Origin: Pseudobacter ginsenosidimutans
Lineage (GTDB): Bacteria; Bacteroidota; Bacteroidia; Chitinophagales; Chitinophagaceae
DNA length: 64,000 nucleotides
Assembly (NCBI RefSeq): GCF_007970185.1
Contig: NZ_CP042431.1
Span: forward strand, 6,429,342-6,493,341
Direction: 5' to 3'
The position numbers and the translations under genes are program-made. Below are positions 29,283-40,207 of this stretch, piece by piece (the first letter of the stretch is position 1; every line of letters begins with the position of its first letter). Below the pieces are notes generated by a model. That model searched no databases. It saw only the letters and a list, made by a program, of their open reading frames with translations, and was not told the origin of the DNA.

Positions 29283-29782
29283 TGTCTGCAGAGTCTTCTG
29301 ATCAATGCTGCATGAGCAGGATATTTGCTGAGCAGTTCCTCCGCTTTTGCCAGCTCGAAATCTTCAAAATCGAATCCCGGCGAAACAGTACAACCCGTGA
29401 ATGCAAATTCGCTACCCTCAGCCGGTTCACTGGCAAACCAGCAATTGGCGGGCACTACAAACTGGAACAATTCTCCTTCAGCAGCATTACTTCCCAGGGA
29501 AACGGTCTGTAATTCACCATTCAAATGCAGGATATGCACCAGCAGGGTTTGTCCTGCATAAAAATGCCAGCATTCATCACTCTTTATTTTGTGAAAGGCA
29601 GAAAAATTGCCACTCTCCAGCAGGAAATAAATAGCCGTGGAGAAAAACCTGTTACCGCCAAATCTTTCAGGCAATGCAGATGCAGGCGCTATTTCGCTGC
29701 TTCGATAGGTTTCCTTGTAGTAGCCTCCTTCCGGATGCGGAAGCAGCTGATACTGGCTGATCAATTGTGCTGCAGTGTTCAT
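29279..29782 (-). CDS. Cupin-superfamily protein (DUF985-like).
   Basis: HPEGGYY motif and the size fit. Confidence 0.5.
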   Translation of the reverse strand: MNTAAQLISQYQLLPHPEGGYYKETYRSSEIAPASALPERFGGNRFFSTAIYFLLESGNFSAFHKIKSDECWHFYAGQTLLVHILHLNGELQTVSLGSNAAEGELFQFVVPANCWFASEPAEGSEFAFTGCTVSPGFDFEDFELAKAEELLSKYPAHAALIRRLCRQ

Positions 29783-29845
29783 ATTCTATTTGTTCAGTTT
29801 TCCACTATTCGGCTTCAATATAGCCAAATCCTGTATCTTACCATC

Positions 29846-30268
29846 ATGAAACTGTTCCAGCAAACCATTTCACTGCCGCCGAAAAGAAGAGGTTTTCATC
29901 TCATCACGGCAGAGATCAGCAGGGCTATTCCGGAATTGTCAGAACTGAAGGCAGGCATGTGCCAGGTGTTCATTCAGCACACATCCGCTTCGCTCACCAT
30001 CAACGAAAATGCAGATCCTACGGTGCGGGCAGATTTTGAAACCTTTTTCAACAAAGCTGTCCCGGAAAACGATCCGGATTTCCTTCACAACGATGAAGGC
30101 TCCGATGATATGCCTGCACACCTGAAAGCGGCGCTGCTGGGCAATCAGGTATTGATACCCGTACGTCATGGAAGACTGGCGCTCGGCATCTGGCAGGGAA
30201 TCTATCTTTGCGAACACCGCAATCACGGCGGCAGCAGAACAGTAGTGATCACCGCCTGGGGACAGTAG
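29846..30268 (+). CDS. YjbQ/UPF0047 family protein.
   Basis: Size of about 140 aa. The pattern HTSASLTINENADP ... RHGRLALGIWQGIYLCEHR is typical of the family. Confidence 0.55.
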   Translation: MKLFQQTISLPPKRRGFHLITAEISRAIPELSELKAGMCQVFIQHTSASLTINENADPTVRADFETFFNKAVPENDPDFLHNDEGSDDMPAHLKAALLGNQVLIPVRHGRLALGIWQGIYLCEHRNHGGSRTVVITAWGQ

Positions 30269-30360
30269 GCAATGTTACAATTCCTTAACAATACTAATAT
30301 CTCCTGCTACGGTTGTCTGGAACTGGTACCTTATTTTTGCTTTTCAAATCAGTCACACCC

Positions 30361-31170
30361 ATGAAGAAACACGTTATGCAATTAAGCGGGGTATTGCTGT
30401 TGATGGCCGCCCCGGTTATGATGAAAGCTCAATCTGTTGAGCAGGTAGGAAATGCAGTGGAAAAGGTTGGCAATATTTTCAAAAAGAAGAAAAAAGAAAA
30501 CCCGGAAGCTACAGCTACCAGCACCCCTCCCTCTGCTGCCAAAGAAAACAACCGGATCATCATTCACTCGAAGTATGATTTCGTGGCAGGCGACTCCCTC
30601 CTGTTTGCAGATAATTTCGAATCCACCGAAACCGGTAAATTCCCCACCCAATGGAAAACGGATGGCAGCGGCGAAGTGGTAACCCTGGAGGATTTCCCCG
30701 GCAAATGGCTTTCAATCGCCTCCAAAGGCATGTATATCCCTAAGATCAAAGGCGGGATTACCAAAGACTTCACAGTGGAATTCGATCTTATTATTGCGAA
30801 TAACAGCAATAGTCATACGCTTTTTATCGATTTTGAGGATGCGCTCAACGGCAATTTCGATCTCTATCCCAGTAATCCTTTTCTCCAACTGAGGATCTAT
30901 GAAGGCGGCTCTGCATGGGTAGACAGTAAAGCGAAAAATATATCCACCAATGTAAACAGCAGCACCTATAATGAAGGCGGAAAAAAGAACCATATCGCCA
31001 TCCGTAAACAAGGTGAGCGCCTGCAGGTTTTCATCAACGAAGAAAAGACTTTCGATATCACCAACGCATTTGAATCAAAACGTACCTACAGCACTTTCAA
31101 GCTGGGAGCGCAGTTCAACAATCCTGCCGCTTTCCTGATCTCCAATGTGAAGGTCAACGGCTACAAGTGA
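30361..31170 (+). CDS. Secreted hypothetical protein.
   Basis: Signal peptide MKKHVMQLSGVLLLMAAPVMMKAQS. Confidence 0.4.
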   Translation: MKKHVMQLSGVLLLMAAPVMMKAQSVEQVGNAVEKVGNIFKKKKKENPEATATSTPPSAAKENNRIIIHSKYDFVAGDSLLFADNFESTETGKFPTQWKTDGSGEVVTLEDFPGKWLSIASKGMYIPKIKGGITKDFTVEFDLIIANNSNSHTLFIDFEDALNGNFDLYPSNPFLQLRIYEGGSAWVDSKAKNISTNVNSSTYNEGGKKNHIAIRKQGERLQVFINEEKTFDITNAFESKRTYSTFKLGAQFNNPAAFLISNVKVNGYK

Positions 31171-31240
31171 TCAAACATAGCACAATGAAAAACGGCTGCA
31201 TGTTACTTCATGCAGCCGTTTCCATTTTTGCTGATTTCTA

Positions 31241-32761
31241 TTATTCTTTTATTATCGGAAGGTCGATCTTATTGTCGCCGTTCGACTGTGGATCATTCCC
31301 TTTCAGATAGTCCGGAAGGTTCAGTCCGGCCATGTTGAACAGATCGTTCAGTGGTGGAACTGTCTTCATCATATTGGAAACGAAATTGGAGGTAGACGTT
31401 CCATTTGTTCCGTTTCCATTTGCAGAATCCCATACAGTGATCTTGTCGATCTTGATATTCTTCACGGCTTCCACCTGTGTGGCTACCAGCTCAGGCAGCT
31501 TCTCGATGAGCAGCAACTGGAAGGCCTTGTTGGCATCGCCGCCAGCCGCAGCAACAACCTGCTTGTAACCTTCCGCCTGTTTGGTGAGGATCTCATACAA
31601 ACCATTCGCTTCAGCCTGCATTTTAGCGAAGATGGCATCCGCTTCACCTTTCGCATTTTCGCGGATAGTTTCTGCGGCGGCCTGCGCTTCAATGATGGCG
31701 CGCTGTTTGGCGATCTCGGCTGGTATCACGATATTGGCAACCTGAGTGGCGCGTTCTCTTTCTGAACGTGCATTTTCCGCTTTCTGTTCAGCTACATAAG
31801 ATGCTTCGAGTGCTCTTGCCTGTTGTACTTTTTCAGCTGAAATGGCTACACGCAATGCTTCCGCTTCTTTCTCCCTTCTGGCCGCTTCGGAGTTCGCAAT
31901 GGCGATCTTTGCTTCGTTCTCACCCTGGATAGCGATAGCATTGGCTTCGGCGGTTTTCACACGCGTATCCCTTGCAGCTTCGGCTTTACCGATGGTTTCA
32001 TCCTTTACGGCAGTGGCAATGCTGATCTCTTTGTCTTTCTGCGTGATGGCGATCTTTACATCACGGTCCCTGTGGGTTTCAGCGATCTGTGTATCTTTTT
32101 CCCGGTCCGCGAGCGCCTTTCCGGTTTCACCGATCTTCTCCTGCTCAGCCACGCTGATCTTGGCCTCGTTGATGGCTTTGGCAGCAGCTTCCTTACCTAA
32201 CGCTGCGATATAACCGCTTTCATCCTTGATATCGGTTACGTTCACGTTGATCAGTTTCAGGCCGATCTTCTTCAACTCACTGTCCACGTTCTTGGAGATA
32301 TTTTCCAGGAATTTGTCGCGATCAGAGTTGATCTCCTCGATGGTCATCGTAGCGATCACCAGGCGGAGTTGCCCGAAGAGGATATCCTTTGCGAGTTCCT
32401 GGATCTGCTCTGCGCTGAGGCCCAGCAGCCTTTCAGCCGCAGTGTTCATATTGTCCGCTTCCGTGGAAATGGCGATGGTGAACCTACAGGGCACATCCAC
32501 ACGGATATTCTGCCGGCTCAGTGCATTGGTCAGATTGGCTTCGATGCTCAATGGTTTCAGGTCAAGAAAAGCATAGTCCTGGATCACCGGCCAGATGAAG
32601 GCGCCACCGCCGTGTATACATTTGGCTGATGTGCCGCCGGTGCGGCCATAGATCACCAAGATCTTATCACTCGGACATCGCTTGTACCTGGATACCAGTG
32701 CGAGAATGGTCACGAACAGCACTACTGCCCCGACCACAATAGTCATAATAGGAGATAACAT
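31241..32761 (-). CDS. Flotillin / SPFH (band-7) domain protein, YqiK-like.
   Basis: N-terminal TM segment followed by an SPFH domain. A long Ala/Glu/Lys-rich coiled-coil follows it. Confidence 0.75.
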   Translation of the reverse strand: MLSPIMTIVVGAVVLFVTILALVSRYKRCPSDKILVIYGRTGGTSAKCIHGGGAFIWPVIQDYAFLDLKPLSIEANLTNALSRQNIRVDVPCRFTIAISTEADNMNTAAERLLGLSAEQIQELAKDILFGQLRLVIATMTIEEINSDRDKFLENISKNVDSELKKIGLKLINVNVTDIKDESGYIAALGKEAAAKAINEAKISVAEQEKIGETGKALADREKDTQIAETHRDRDVKIAITQKDKEISIATAVKDETIGKAEAARDTRVKTAEANAIAIQGENEAKIAIANSEAARREKEAEALRVAISAEKVQQARALEASYVAEQKAENARSERERATQVANIVIPAEIAKQRAIIEAQAAAETIRENAKGEADAIFAKMQAEANGLYEILTKQAEGYKQVVAAAGGDANKAFQLLLIEKLPELVATQVEAVKNIKIDKITVWDSANGNGTNGTSTSNFVSNMMKTVPPLNDLFNMAGLNLPDYLKGNDPQSNGDNKIDLPIIKE

Positions 32762-32770
32762 ATGGGGTTC

Positions 32771-33337
32771 TTAAATTTTTTCTACGATAAGGATATGTCC
32801 ATTTTCCACTTTTACAATTTTCACAGTGGCTCCGGTAGGAATTCGTTCCTGTGTTGTCATGGCTTCAAGCTCGCGCATGGAACCACCAACACTGATCAGG
32901 ATCTTCCCCCTTCCTTCCATGCCGCCGGGAATGGCGAGATATACTTCTGCAGTTTTATTGATCGTATCGTTGATGCGGAAAGAATTGTCTTCACCCAGTT
33001 TTACAATCTGTCGGATAATAAGAAAAAAGAGAAAAAGGAAACTTATGCCGATAATCAGCGCTACAATCACAAGCAGCGTTGGATTGGAAATAGTTCCGTA
33101 AAATGAGATACCTCCCCAACTGAAACCAAGCAGGAAATTGATGAGGTTGCGGAATGAAAAAAGCTGGAACGGGGTATCACCTCCGTGCAGGTTACTGTCG
33201 AAATCTGCATCCAGTCCATCGGTTGCATCTGCACCAACAAAGGTCATCACAGTTTGAATGAGAAAGATAACGCTGACGGGAATGGCGATGAACCAAAACA
33301 TTTTCAGCAACGGTGTAAGGTTGTCGAGTAATTCCAT
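32771..33337 (-). CDS. NfeD/YqiJ-like membrane protein, the flotillin partner.
   Basis: Multiple TM helices. The C-terminal OB-fold-like tail is KIVKVENGHILIVEKI. The gene is adjacent to the flotillin gene. Confidence 0.6.
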   Translation of the reverse strand: MELLDNLTPLLKMFWFIAIPVSVIFLIQTVMTFVGADATDGLDADFDSNLHGGDTPFQLFSFRNLINFLLGFSWGGISFYGTISNPTLLVIVALIIGISFLFLFFLIIRQIVKLGEDNSFRINDTINKTAEVYLAIPGGMEGRGKILISVGGSMRELEAMTTQERIPTGATVKIVKVENGHILIVEKI

Positions 33338-33445
33338 ACGCGATTGAGTTGGGGTTTACAAATCCTGGGCTGGTGAATGAAAGATAAGGATTTTTACCGT
33401 TAGTGCAGGAAATGGACCATTTGTTACAGATTATATAGCATTTTT

Positions 33446-35251
33446 TTAATCCATCAGTCCCAATCTTTTCAATCTCACGATGATAGCTCCTTTTGTTCTG
33501 CCGAAATGATCGGCCATATCGGCAATGGAATTGAAGTTCTCGTAAAGTATCGTCAGTTCTTCATCCTGGAAGGCGGACCAGGGCTTGCCTGATTCATTGG
33601 TAGTATCCTTTCTGCGGGAATTTTCGAATGCGCGGTTAACCGGCGCCGTTCGTAAGGGTTTCTGCGGATCTCCCGGTTTCTTTTTTGCTTTTTCTTCTTT
33701 TGTATCGGTACGGAAGATCACAGGGGAATTTCTGAATCCTTCTGGCATCAGCATATCGGGAATATGTAAATGATGTTTGGCGCGGGTGAGCGCAACATAC
33801 AAAAGATTGATCTCTTCATTCAACCTGACCAGGTCAGGCTTCTCATTTTTGGAAGCAGCTTCTCCTTTCGCTTTTTTCAGTTTATTCTCGGAAATGAAAT
33901 CGTTCACCAGATGTACGGTATCGTATTCCATTCCTTTGGCACGGTGTACGGTGGAAAAGATCATGTCTGCTTTTTCCCTGTCCTCATCCCCTATATGCAG
34001 TTTTTTCAGGGAACGCATGATATCATAGATCTCATCTCCGTATTCTTTCACTACTTCAACCATCATGGCAAGCTGCGGGTCTTCTGTTTTTTCGATATAC
34101 TCTTCCAGCTCTTCCAGGTTACGCATGGAGCTGATAAGTTTGTCGCGGATCTTATCGGGCTTATTATTGGCGAGGTTCAGCACATCGTAGAGGGATGCGC
34201 CTTCATCGGCATAGGTGTAGCTGTTGAAATTACCTTCGAAATAGATGCCTTTGATCTTCCGGTTATTGGTTATATACTCGATGGCATTGAGCAGGAGTCC
34301 CAGGTTGGTGCGCGCAATGGTGGCATTGGTCTTCACTTTTACAGGCGCGCCTTTGCCGGTGATGGGCACAGGTTGATGATCCCCCAAATGTTCTTTCCAG
34401 TACAGCACTTCTGTTGCCAGATCGGCGATATCCTGCGGAAAGCGGAAGCTGGTACTGAGTTGCAAAGTTTTGAAGCCTGTCTTCTCCAGTGAATTAACGG
34501 CATGGCGCCAGCCATAGATCTGCTGATGGGTATCGCCCACGATCACTTTGATGGCTTTCTGTTTTACAAAAACATCCAGCATGGCGGCGGAAGCATCCTG
34601 CGCTTCATCGAAAAGGATATAATCGTAAGGAAGTTTCGGACAGAGCAGCTGGAATTTCTTCAGGTAGAAATCGTGCGGGATATCGATTTCTCTTTTTTCC
34701 ATTTTTGCCAGTAGTTGACGGGTGCCCAGTTCAATCTCGGGATAATGTTTGCGTACGAATGTTTTTGCTGTTGGGTCGGTGATCAGGTCCAGATAATTCA
34801 GTTCCTGTACTTTCTTTTTGTTGCTATTGCAGAAAAAGGAAATGAATTTGCTGATATGGTTGGCGAGAATATACTCATTGTGCTTTTCTCCGCTGCTGCG
34901 CAGGCCGAGCAGTTCCACTATTTCGTGTGTGTTGAGATCTTTCTGCCTGATCTTGTAGCCAGATCCTCTTACCACATAATCGAAGGCAAGAGAGTGTGCC
35001 GTTTCCACTCTTACATTTTTCAGGCCGCGTGCTTCAAACTTTTTGGCAGCTTCCATTTTCACGGAGCGATTGAATGCGAGATAGAGGATAGAGCTGGAAG
35101 ATGGCCTGCTCACTGCATATTCGATGATGGTAGTGGTTTTGCCGGAGCCAGCAACAGCATTGATAGCCACATCTCCCTTGCTACGGATCACGGCCAGTTG
35201 TTCTTCGGTCAGTTCCTTCTTTTTGTTCACACTGTTTTTGCTCGTACTCAT
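33446..35251 (-). CDS. UvrD/Rep-family SF1 DNA helicase.
   Basis: Walker A AGSGKTTT. The later helicase motifs FDEAQD, VGDTHQQIY and VHRAKGMEYD are also present. Confidence 0.75.
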   Translation of the reverse strand: MSTSKNSVNKKKELTEEQLAVIRSKGDVAINAVAGSGKTTTIIEYAVSRPSSSSILYLAFNRSVKMEAAKKFEARGLKNVRVETAHSLAFDYVVRGSGYKIRQKDLNTHEIVELLGLRSSGEKHNEYILANHISKFISFFCNSNKKKVQELNYLDLITDPTAKTFVRKHYPEIELGTRQLLAKMEKREIDIPHDFYLKKFQLLCPKLPYDYILFDEAQDASAAMLDVFVKQKAIKVIVGDTHQQIYGWRHAVNSLEKTGFKTLQLSTSFRFPQDIADLATEVLYWKEHLGDHQPVPITGKGAPVKVKTNATIARTNLGLLLNAIEYITNNRKIKGIYFEGNFNSYTYADEGASLYDVLNLANNKPDKIRDKLISSMRNLEELEEYIEKTEDPQLAMMVEVVKEYGDEIYDIMRSLKKLHIGDEDREKADMIFSTVHRAKGMEYDTVHLVNDFISENKLKKAKGEAASKNEKPDLVRLNEEINLLYVALTRAKHHLHIPDMLMPEGFRNSPVIFRTDTKEEKAKKKPGDPQKPLRTAPVNRAFENSRRKDTTNESGKPWSAFQDEELTILYENFNSIADMADHFGRTKGAIIVRLKRLGLMD

Positions 35252-35295
35252 AATTTACCTGCGGGCGGCAAATGTAAATCATTTTGACGGAGTGA

Positions 35296-36005
35296 TCAGA
35301 GACCGAGCTCTTTCAGAAATGAATCTTTGTAATTACTGCCGATAGGTATCTCGATCCGATGGATGAATACGCGGTTGCCTTCGATATGCGAGATGGCGGA
35401 TTTGTTGATGATGAAGGAGCGGTGCACCCGGATGAATTGCGCAGCGGGTAATTGTTGCTCAAATCCGGAGAAAGTGATGGCGGGCATATGCGTGTGTTGC
35501 GGTGTAACGATCCTGGTGTAATTGCCGCTGGCTTCTGCATACAGGATGTCTTTGAATGGCACACGAAAGATCTTGTTATCGGTGCGGATGAAGAGAGCGT
35601 CCTCTCCTTTTTCCGATTCCTGTTGTCCATTTACAGGATTCCTTTTTGCATATTTTCTATGGCTTTGTCAACGGCCATGATAAAACGCTCAAGGGAAAAA
35701 GGTTTGAGCAGGTAATCGCAGGCTGCGAGATCGAATGCATTTACGGCATATTCCTTGTAAGCCGTGGTGAAGATCACCTGTGGCGGCTCTTTCACAGTTT
35801 TCAGGAAGGCGATGCCATCCAGCACCGGCATATTGATATCGAGGAAAAGGATATCCACGGAATGTTCCTGCAATGCGGCTTTGGCTTCCAATGCATTGGA
35901 GCAGCTGGCTACTACCTGTAAAGCTGGAAGATGCCTGCAATAACCTTCGATGATCTCGCGGGCAATAGGCTCATCATCTGCGATCACACAATTGTACCTG
36001 GCCAT
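35296..36005 (-). CDS. LytTR-family response regulator (REC plus LytTR), as annotated split by a frameshift at the T5/A5 run 35643-35647.
   Basis: The REC ORF 35631-36005 ends ...AIENMQKGIL*. The LytTR frame is open upstream (ESEKGEDALFIRTDNKIFRVPFKDILYAEASGNYTRI). A one-base shift in aaaaa joins them. Confidence 0.65.
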
Positions 36006-37045
36006 TATTTTGCTTTTAGTTGTAACATCACGGAATAGGAATTGTCCTTGTCTTCGATACTGAGATCGTATTCTCCCGGATACAGCAGCGCCAGCCTTTT
36101 TCGTACACTTTCCAGGCCAAAGCCGCTATGAGAGTTCAGCATTGTACTTCCCTGATTGTTGCTGTTGGAATTCCAGACGGCAAACAAAATGGTGTCTTTC
36201 CAGGTTTTGAGTTGCATGCTGATCTGTATCTCCTGGTTGGTTGTATTTTTCGCATGTTTGAATGCGTTCTCGATGAACACGATCAGCAGCAGCGGTGCAA
36301 TCCTAATCTCAGGATTGATATTCGGTTCGATCTCCACATACAGCAACAGTTTCTCTCCTACCCTGATCTTTTCAAATTCGATATAGTTCTGGATATAGTC
36401 CAGCTCATGTTTGAGTAGTACGAATTGTTCCTTTGCATCATACACGGAATAACGGAGCAGGTCTGAAAGTTTCAGCAAGAGCGGCGGCACTTTATCATGT
36501 CGTGTAAGACTGATGCCATAAATATTATTGAGGGTATTGAAAAGGAAATGCGGGCTGAGCTGGCTTTGCAGTAATTGTAATTCGCTCTGGCTTTGGGCAG
36601 CTGAGACTTTGGCTTCATTGAGCTGTCCTTTCACGGTAACACGGATCAGTTTGATCAGTATACCGGAGGTGATGCTCAGGATCAGCAGTGGCACTCCCAT
36701 GAAGAGAAAGGCCATGAAATCCGAGCTCATCCGCAAAGTAGCGCCAGCCATGATGAATACGAGGATAATAGTAAAGAAAATGATCACACCCAGCCAGAAG
36801 AAGATCCGCCTGGGAATTTTATATTCCTTGCTGGCCCAGAGCAGAGACACATACCTGCCCATAAAAATGCCGAGAATGAAAAACACGGTGATCAGGAAGG
36901 CCGTTACTTCCTCATTGTTGTTCATCCGCTCTTTCGTATAGAAAAGAGCAGCCATGAAAATGGGGATTCCGGCTCCGATGGCCAGCCAGAGATAACCTGG
37001 ATTGGTGGGCGCTTTTGGGTTGGCTGTATTTCCTTTGAGCTTCAT
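36005..37045 (-). CDS. LytS/YehU-type sensor histidine kinase.
   Basis: TM region, then the His_kinase motif ISPHFLFNTLNNI, then an HATPase_c C-terminus. It is adjacent to the LytTR regulator. Confidence 0.75.
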   Translation of the reverse strand: MKLKGNTANPKAPTNPGYLWLAIGAGIPIFMAALFYTKERMNNNEEVTAFLITVFFILGIFMGRYVSLLWASKEYKIPRRIFFWLGVIIFFTIILVFIMAGATLRMSSDFMAFLFMGVPLLILSITSGILIKLIRVTVKGQLNEAKVSAAQSQSELQLLQSQLSPHFLFNTLNNIYGISLTRHDKVPPLLLKLSDLLRYSVYDAKEQFVLLKHELDYIQNYIEFEKIRVGEKLLLYVEIEPNINPEIRIAPLLLIVFIENAFKHAKNTTNQEIQISMQLKTWKDTILFAVWNSNSNNQGSTMLNSHSGFGLESVRKRLALLYPGEYDLSIEDKDNSYSVMLQLKAK

Positions 37046-37280
37046 AATGTTTTTTTCAGTGGTGGTAACACAAAACTGGACAGGCAAATCCAGACCACGA
37101 AAAGTTCCTGACGAATACTGACCGCACACTGATGGAACACCGTTATGGATGGACGAAAACCTTTGTCATGCCCGGCCGGGCTTCCGTCATGCCACAAGCC
37201 TTGTTCAACATGATTATTTCCTGACGCTGCAACCCTTCGCCAAATTTGCAGAAACCTTCATCTCTTTAACCGCTAACATC

Positions 37281-39731
37281 ATGAGAACAATCTTACTATT
37301 CCTCTTTTTCATTATTACTGTTTCAGATCTGATGGCCCAGGGCAGGTTCCGGGCAACGGTCAGTGGTCAGATCAAAGATATACAAAACGAACCCGTTTCC
37401 GGAGCAACGGTAAACTTATTGATGGCCGGGGATTCCACTGTAGTGATACGCCTTACGTCGGGGAACAATGGCAGTTTCGAGTTAAAAGTCGGCAGCCCTG
37501 GTATCTACCTTCTGGCTGTATCAGCAATCAGTATGGAGCCTTTTATCAGTCTTCCATTCACTATCGACAGTGCAGGCAAAAAGCTGCAGTGGCCGGCCAT
37601 CATTCTTCGTCCTCAGAAAAAGACCGCCCTGAAAGAAGTGGTGGTCACTGCCAAAAAACCTTTGCTTGAATATGATCTTGACAAAACCATCGTGAATGTG
37701 GAATCGATGATCGGCGCTGCTGCAGGCAGCTCCCTGGAAGTGCTGGAAAAAACACCGGGAGTAACGGTAGATAATAATGGGGAGATCACAATGAATGGTA
37801 TGCAGAGCGTTACTGTACTGATAGACGGAAGACCAACCTATATGAGCGGCCGTGATCTTGCAGCCTACCTGCGCTCCCTGCCCGGAAGCCTGCTTGAAAA
37901 GATAGAGCTCATCACCAATCCTCCTGCAAAATATGATGCCAATGGCGGAGCCCTCATCAATATAAAACTGAAGAAGAAAAGAACGCAGGGCTATGCAGGC
38001 AGCGCCACCCACAATTCAAATATTGGAAAACGATACAGAACATACAATTCCATCAACCTTAATTACCTCAACAGGAAGATCAACTATTTCGGCAACTTCA
38101 GTTACAGCCGCTATACTGAGCGCAATCAAAGTACGGATGACAGGGCATTCTTTACGACCGGCGGACAACGAACTACCGCCACGAAAGTGGAAAACGATAA
38201 CGATGCCCGCAGTGACGAGCTCTCTGCCAGACTGGGAATGGACTATAATCTCAACAAAAAAACAACCCTGGGCATTATCCTGAATGGCACAACCCGGAAA
38301 AGGAACGATGGATCGGAATACATCACGCAAATGTTCAGCACCAACGATTATCCGGATTCCACCGGCAGGGGCAACAACTCCACCCATGGCAGATGGGAAC
38401 AACTGGGAGCCAATGCCAATATGCAGCACCGGTTCACAGAAAAAGGCGAAGAAATAACAGCAGACCTCAATTATATCCGATACAATAACAGAAGTACGCA
38501 GGACCTGAGCAATTACGTTGAAGACCAGTCAGGCCAGTTGGGCAATATCAGCAATTTCCTTTACCGGCTTCCCTACAGTACCGATGTATTCACTGCAAGA
38601 ATGGATTATTCATTACCATTGAAAAACAAGGCAAGCTTCAGCACCGGCCTCAAATCAGGGCTGGTAAAGAACAATCACCAATCCGACTATTATTCCATTC
38701 CTGACAACAAGCCTGTTCCGGATTACAGTAAATCCAACCACTTCATCTATCGTGAATATATACACGCTTTGTATGTGAACGGGCGGAAAGACTGGAAACG
38801 ATTCGGTCTGCAACTCGGCCTGAGATGGGAGTACACGCAAACCAAAGGCAACCAGCTGGGAAACGAGGCAGTGGCCCCATCGATGTTCAGACGTAACTAC
38901 CATTCCTTTTTTCCATCTTTCTTCACTTCTTACAAACTGGACAGTGCGGGAAAAAACTCACTGGCATTCAGTTATGCCAGAAGGATCAACCGGCCGGGCT
39001 ATCACCAGCTCAACCCATTCCTGTTCTTTATCGATCAGTACAGCTATACCACCGGTAACCCCATGCTGAATCCCACAATCGCCAATCGCATTGAACTGAA
39101 CTGGCGATACAAACAATTACTGACCACCCGTCTCATGTACGAAAGGCAGGATGATGGCATTGCCAATGCTACGCAGATCGATAAGAACACGCAGATCAAC
39201 AGGCCGGAAAATTTCGCAGCCCGCGATCTCCTTGCATTGATGGTGAACCTGAGTTTCAAACCCGCCAAATGGTGGAACATGAACTTTCATATTGCCGGCG
39301 CCAGATTCTCTACAAATGGAAAGCTGTACAACCAGTCGATCGACCTTCAACTCTATACCTGGAGAACGCAAATACAGAATCAATTCAGCATAAGCAAAAC
39401 CTGGAGCGCAGAGCTGTATGCCACTTATCACGCGCCGAACATCAACTTCCAGACCTACGTGAAATCCAGGTATTGGATAAATACGGCCGTCCAAAAGAAA
39501 GTATTGAAGAACAAAGGCTCCATCAAGCTCAACCTGGAAGATATTTTCCATTCCATGGGAACCAGGGAGGAGAACAGGGGCCTGGTGAATGCATATTCTT
39601 TCCGCACCAATGATCCCGATACGCGACGTATAGCCATTTCCTTCAGCTACAATTTTGGTAAGGAAACATTCAGCCGTAAACGAAAATACAATGACGATGC
39701 TGCCGATGAATTAAAAGAGCGGGCACAGTAA
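37281..39731 (+). CDS. TonB-dependent outer-membrane receptor with an N-terminal CarboxypepD_reg-like domain.
   Basis: Signal peptide MRTILLFLFFIITVSDLMAQ. The plug region and beta-barrel repeat pattern are present, and the protein ends with an aromatic-rich strand. Confidence 0.7.
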   Translation: MRTILLFLFFIITVSDLMAQGRFRATVSGQIKDIQNEPVSGATVNLLMAGDSTVVIRLTSGNNGSFELKVGSPGIYLLAVSAISMEPFISLPFTIDSAGKKLQWPAIILRPQKKTALKEVVVTAKKPLLEYDLDKTIVNVESMIGAAAGSSLEVLEKTPGVTVDNNGEITMNGMQSVTVLIDGRPTYMSGRDLAAYLRSLPGSLLEKIELITNPPAKYDANGGALINIKLKKKRTQGYAGSATHNSNIGKRYRTYNSINLNYLNRKINYFGNFSYSRYTERNQSTDDRAFFTTGGQRTTATKVENDNDARSDELSARLGMDYNLNKKTTLGIILNGTTRKRNDGSEYITQMFSTNDYPDSTGRGNNSTHGRWEQLGANANMQHRFTEKGEEITADLNYIRYNNRSTQDLSNYVEDQSGQLGNISNFLYRLPYSTDVFTARMDYSLPLKNKASFSTGLKSGLVKNNHQSDYYSIPDNKPVPDYSKSNHFIYREYIHALYVNGRKDWKRFGLQLGLRWEYTQTKGNQLGNEAVAPSMFRRNYHSFFPSFFTSYKLDSAGKNSLAFSYARRINRPGYHQLNPFLFFIDQYSYTTGNPMLNPTIANRIELNWRYKQLLTTRLMYERQDDGIANATQIDKNTQINRPENFAARDLLALMVNLSFKPAKWWNMNFHIAGARFSTNGKLYNQSIDLQLYTWRTQIQNQFSISKTWSAELYATYHAPNINFQTYVKSRYWINTAVQKKVLKNKGSIKLNLEDIFHSMGTREENRGLVNAYSFRTNDPDTRRIAISFSYNFGKETFSRKRKYNDDAADELKERAQ

Positions 39732-39821
39732 AGGATTTTCCCGATCACAATCTTTTTGCTCCCGATCCCGAAAACAGGATGTACTCAGCATTGATGTAAA
39801 ATTCTAATCAACCAGCATAAA

Positions 39822-39862
39822 CGAAGCCGCTTGCTGCGATTTTGCAGCAGGCGGCTTTCTAA
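39822..39862 (+). terminator. Rho-independent terminator.
   Basis: gaagccgcttgctgcgattttgcagcaggcggcttt followed by T-residues. Confidence 0.55.
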
Positions 39863-39884
39863 TATAAAATATCATTACCTTCGC

Positions 39885-40105
39885 CCCCGCATTTGGTTCT
39901 TCAACCACTCCGGTGGAAGAGGATTAAAATGGGAACCCGGTGTAAATCCGGGACTATCCCCGTAGCTGTAAATTCCAGTAATGGTTTGTCTAACAAAGCC
40001 ACTGTTCTCGCTCCCCGCAGAATGGGAAGGCAGGCAAACCGGAATAAGTCAGAAGACCTGCCAGATGCTCTAGTCGTAGCTTTCGGGTGAAAGGTTTCAG
40101 GACAA
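39885..40105 (+). promoter_or_regulatory. Cobalamin (B12) riboswitch.
   Basis: B12-box AGTCAGAAGACCTGCC. Conserved GGGAA...GGTGTAAATCC and GCCACTG elements are present. It lies 5' of a lipoprotein/btuB/btuG-like operon. Confidence 0.75.
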
Positions 40106-40207
40106 CAGTGCGGACCCCGCATGTATTCCATCTATTCCTGCAAGGCTATTACTGATCTGAGAATGTTTTTTCATCAATTCAAAATTGATCTGTAATACCA
40201 TCAGCTC

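Noticed and set aside
31842-32576. Ala/Ser-rich ORFs on the plus strand that could look like a low-complexity repeat protein.
   Set aside because: They are the antisense of the Ala/Glu-rich coiled-coil region of the flotillin gene.
33585-35287. Several 60-240 aa plus-strand ORFs opposite the UvrD-like helicase.
   Set aside because: They are antisense to a motif-rich helicase gene. No independent support.
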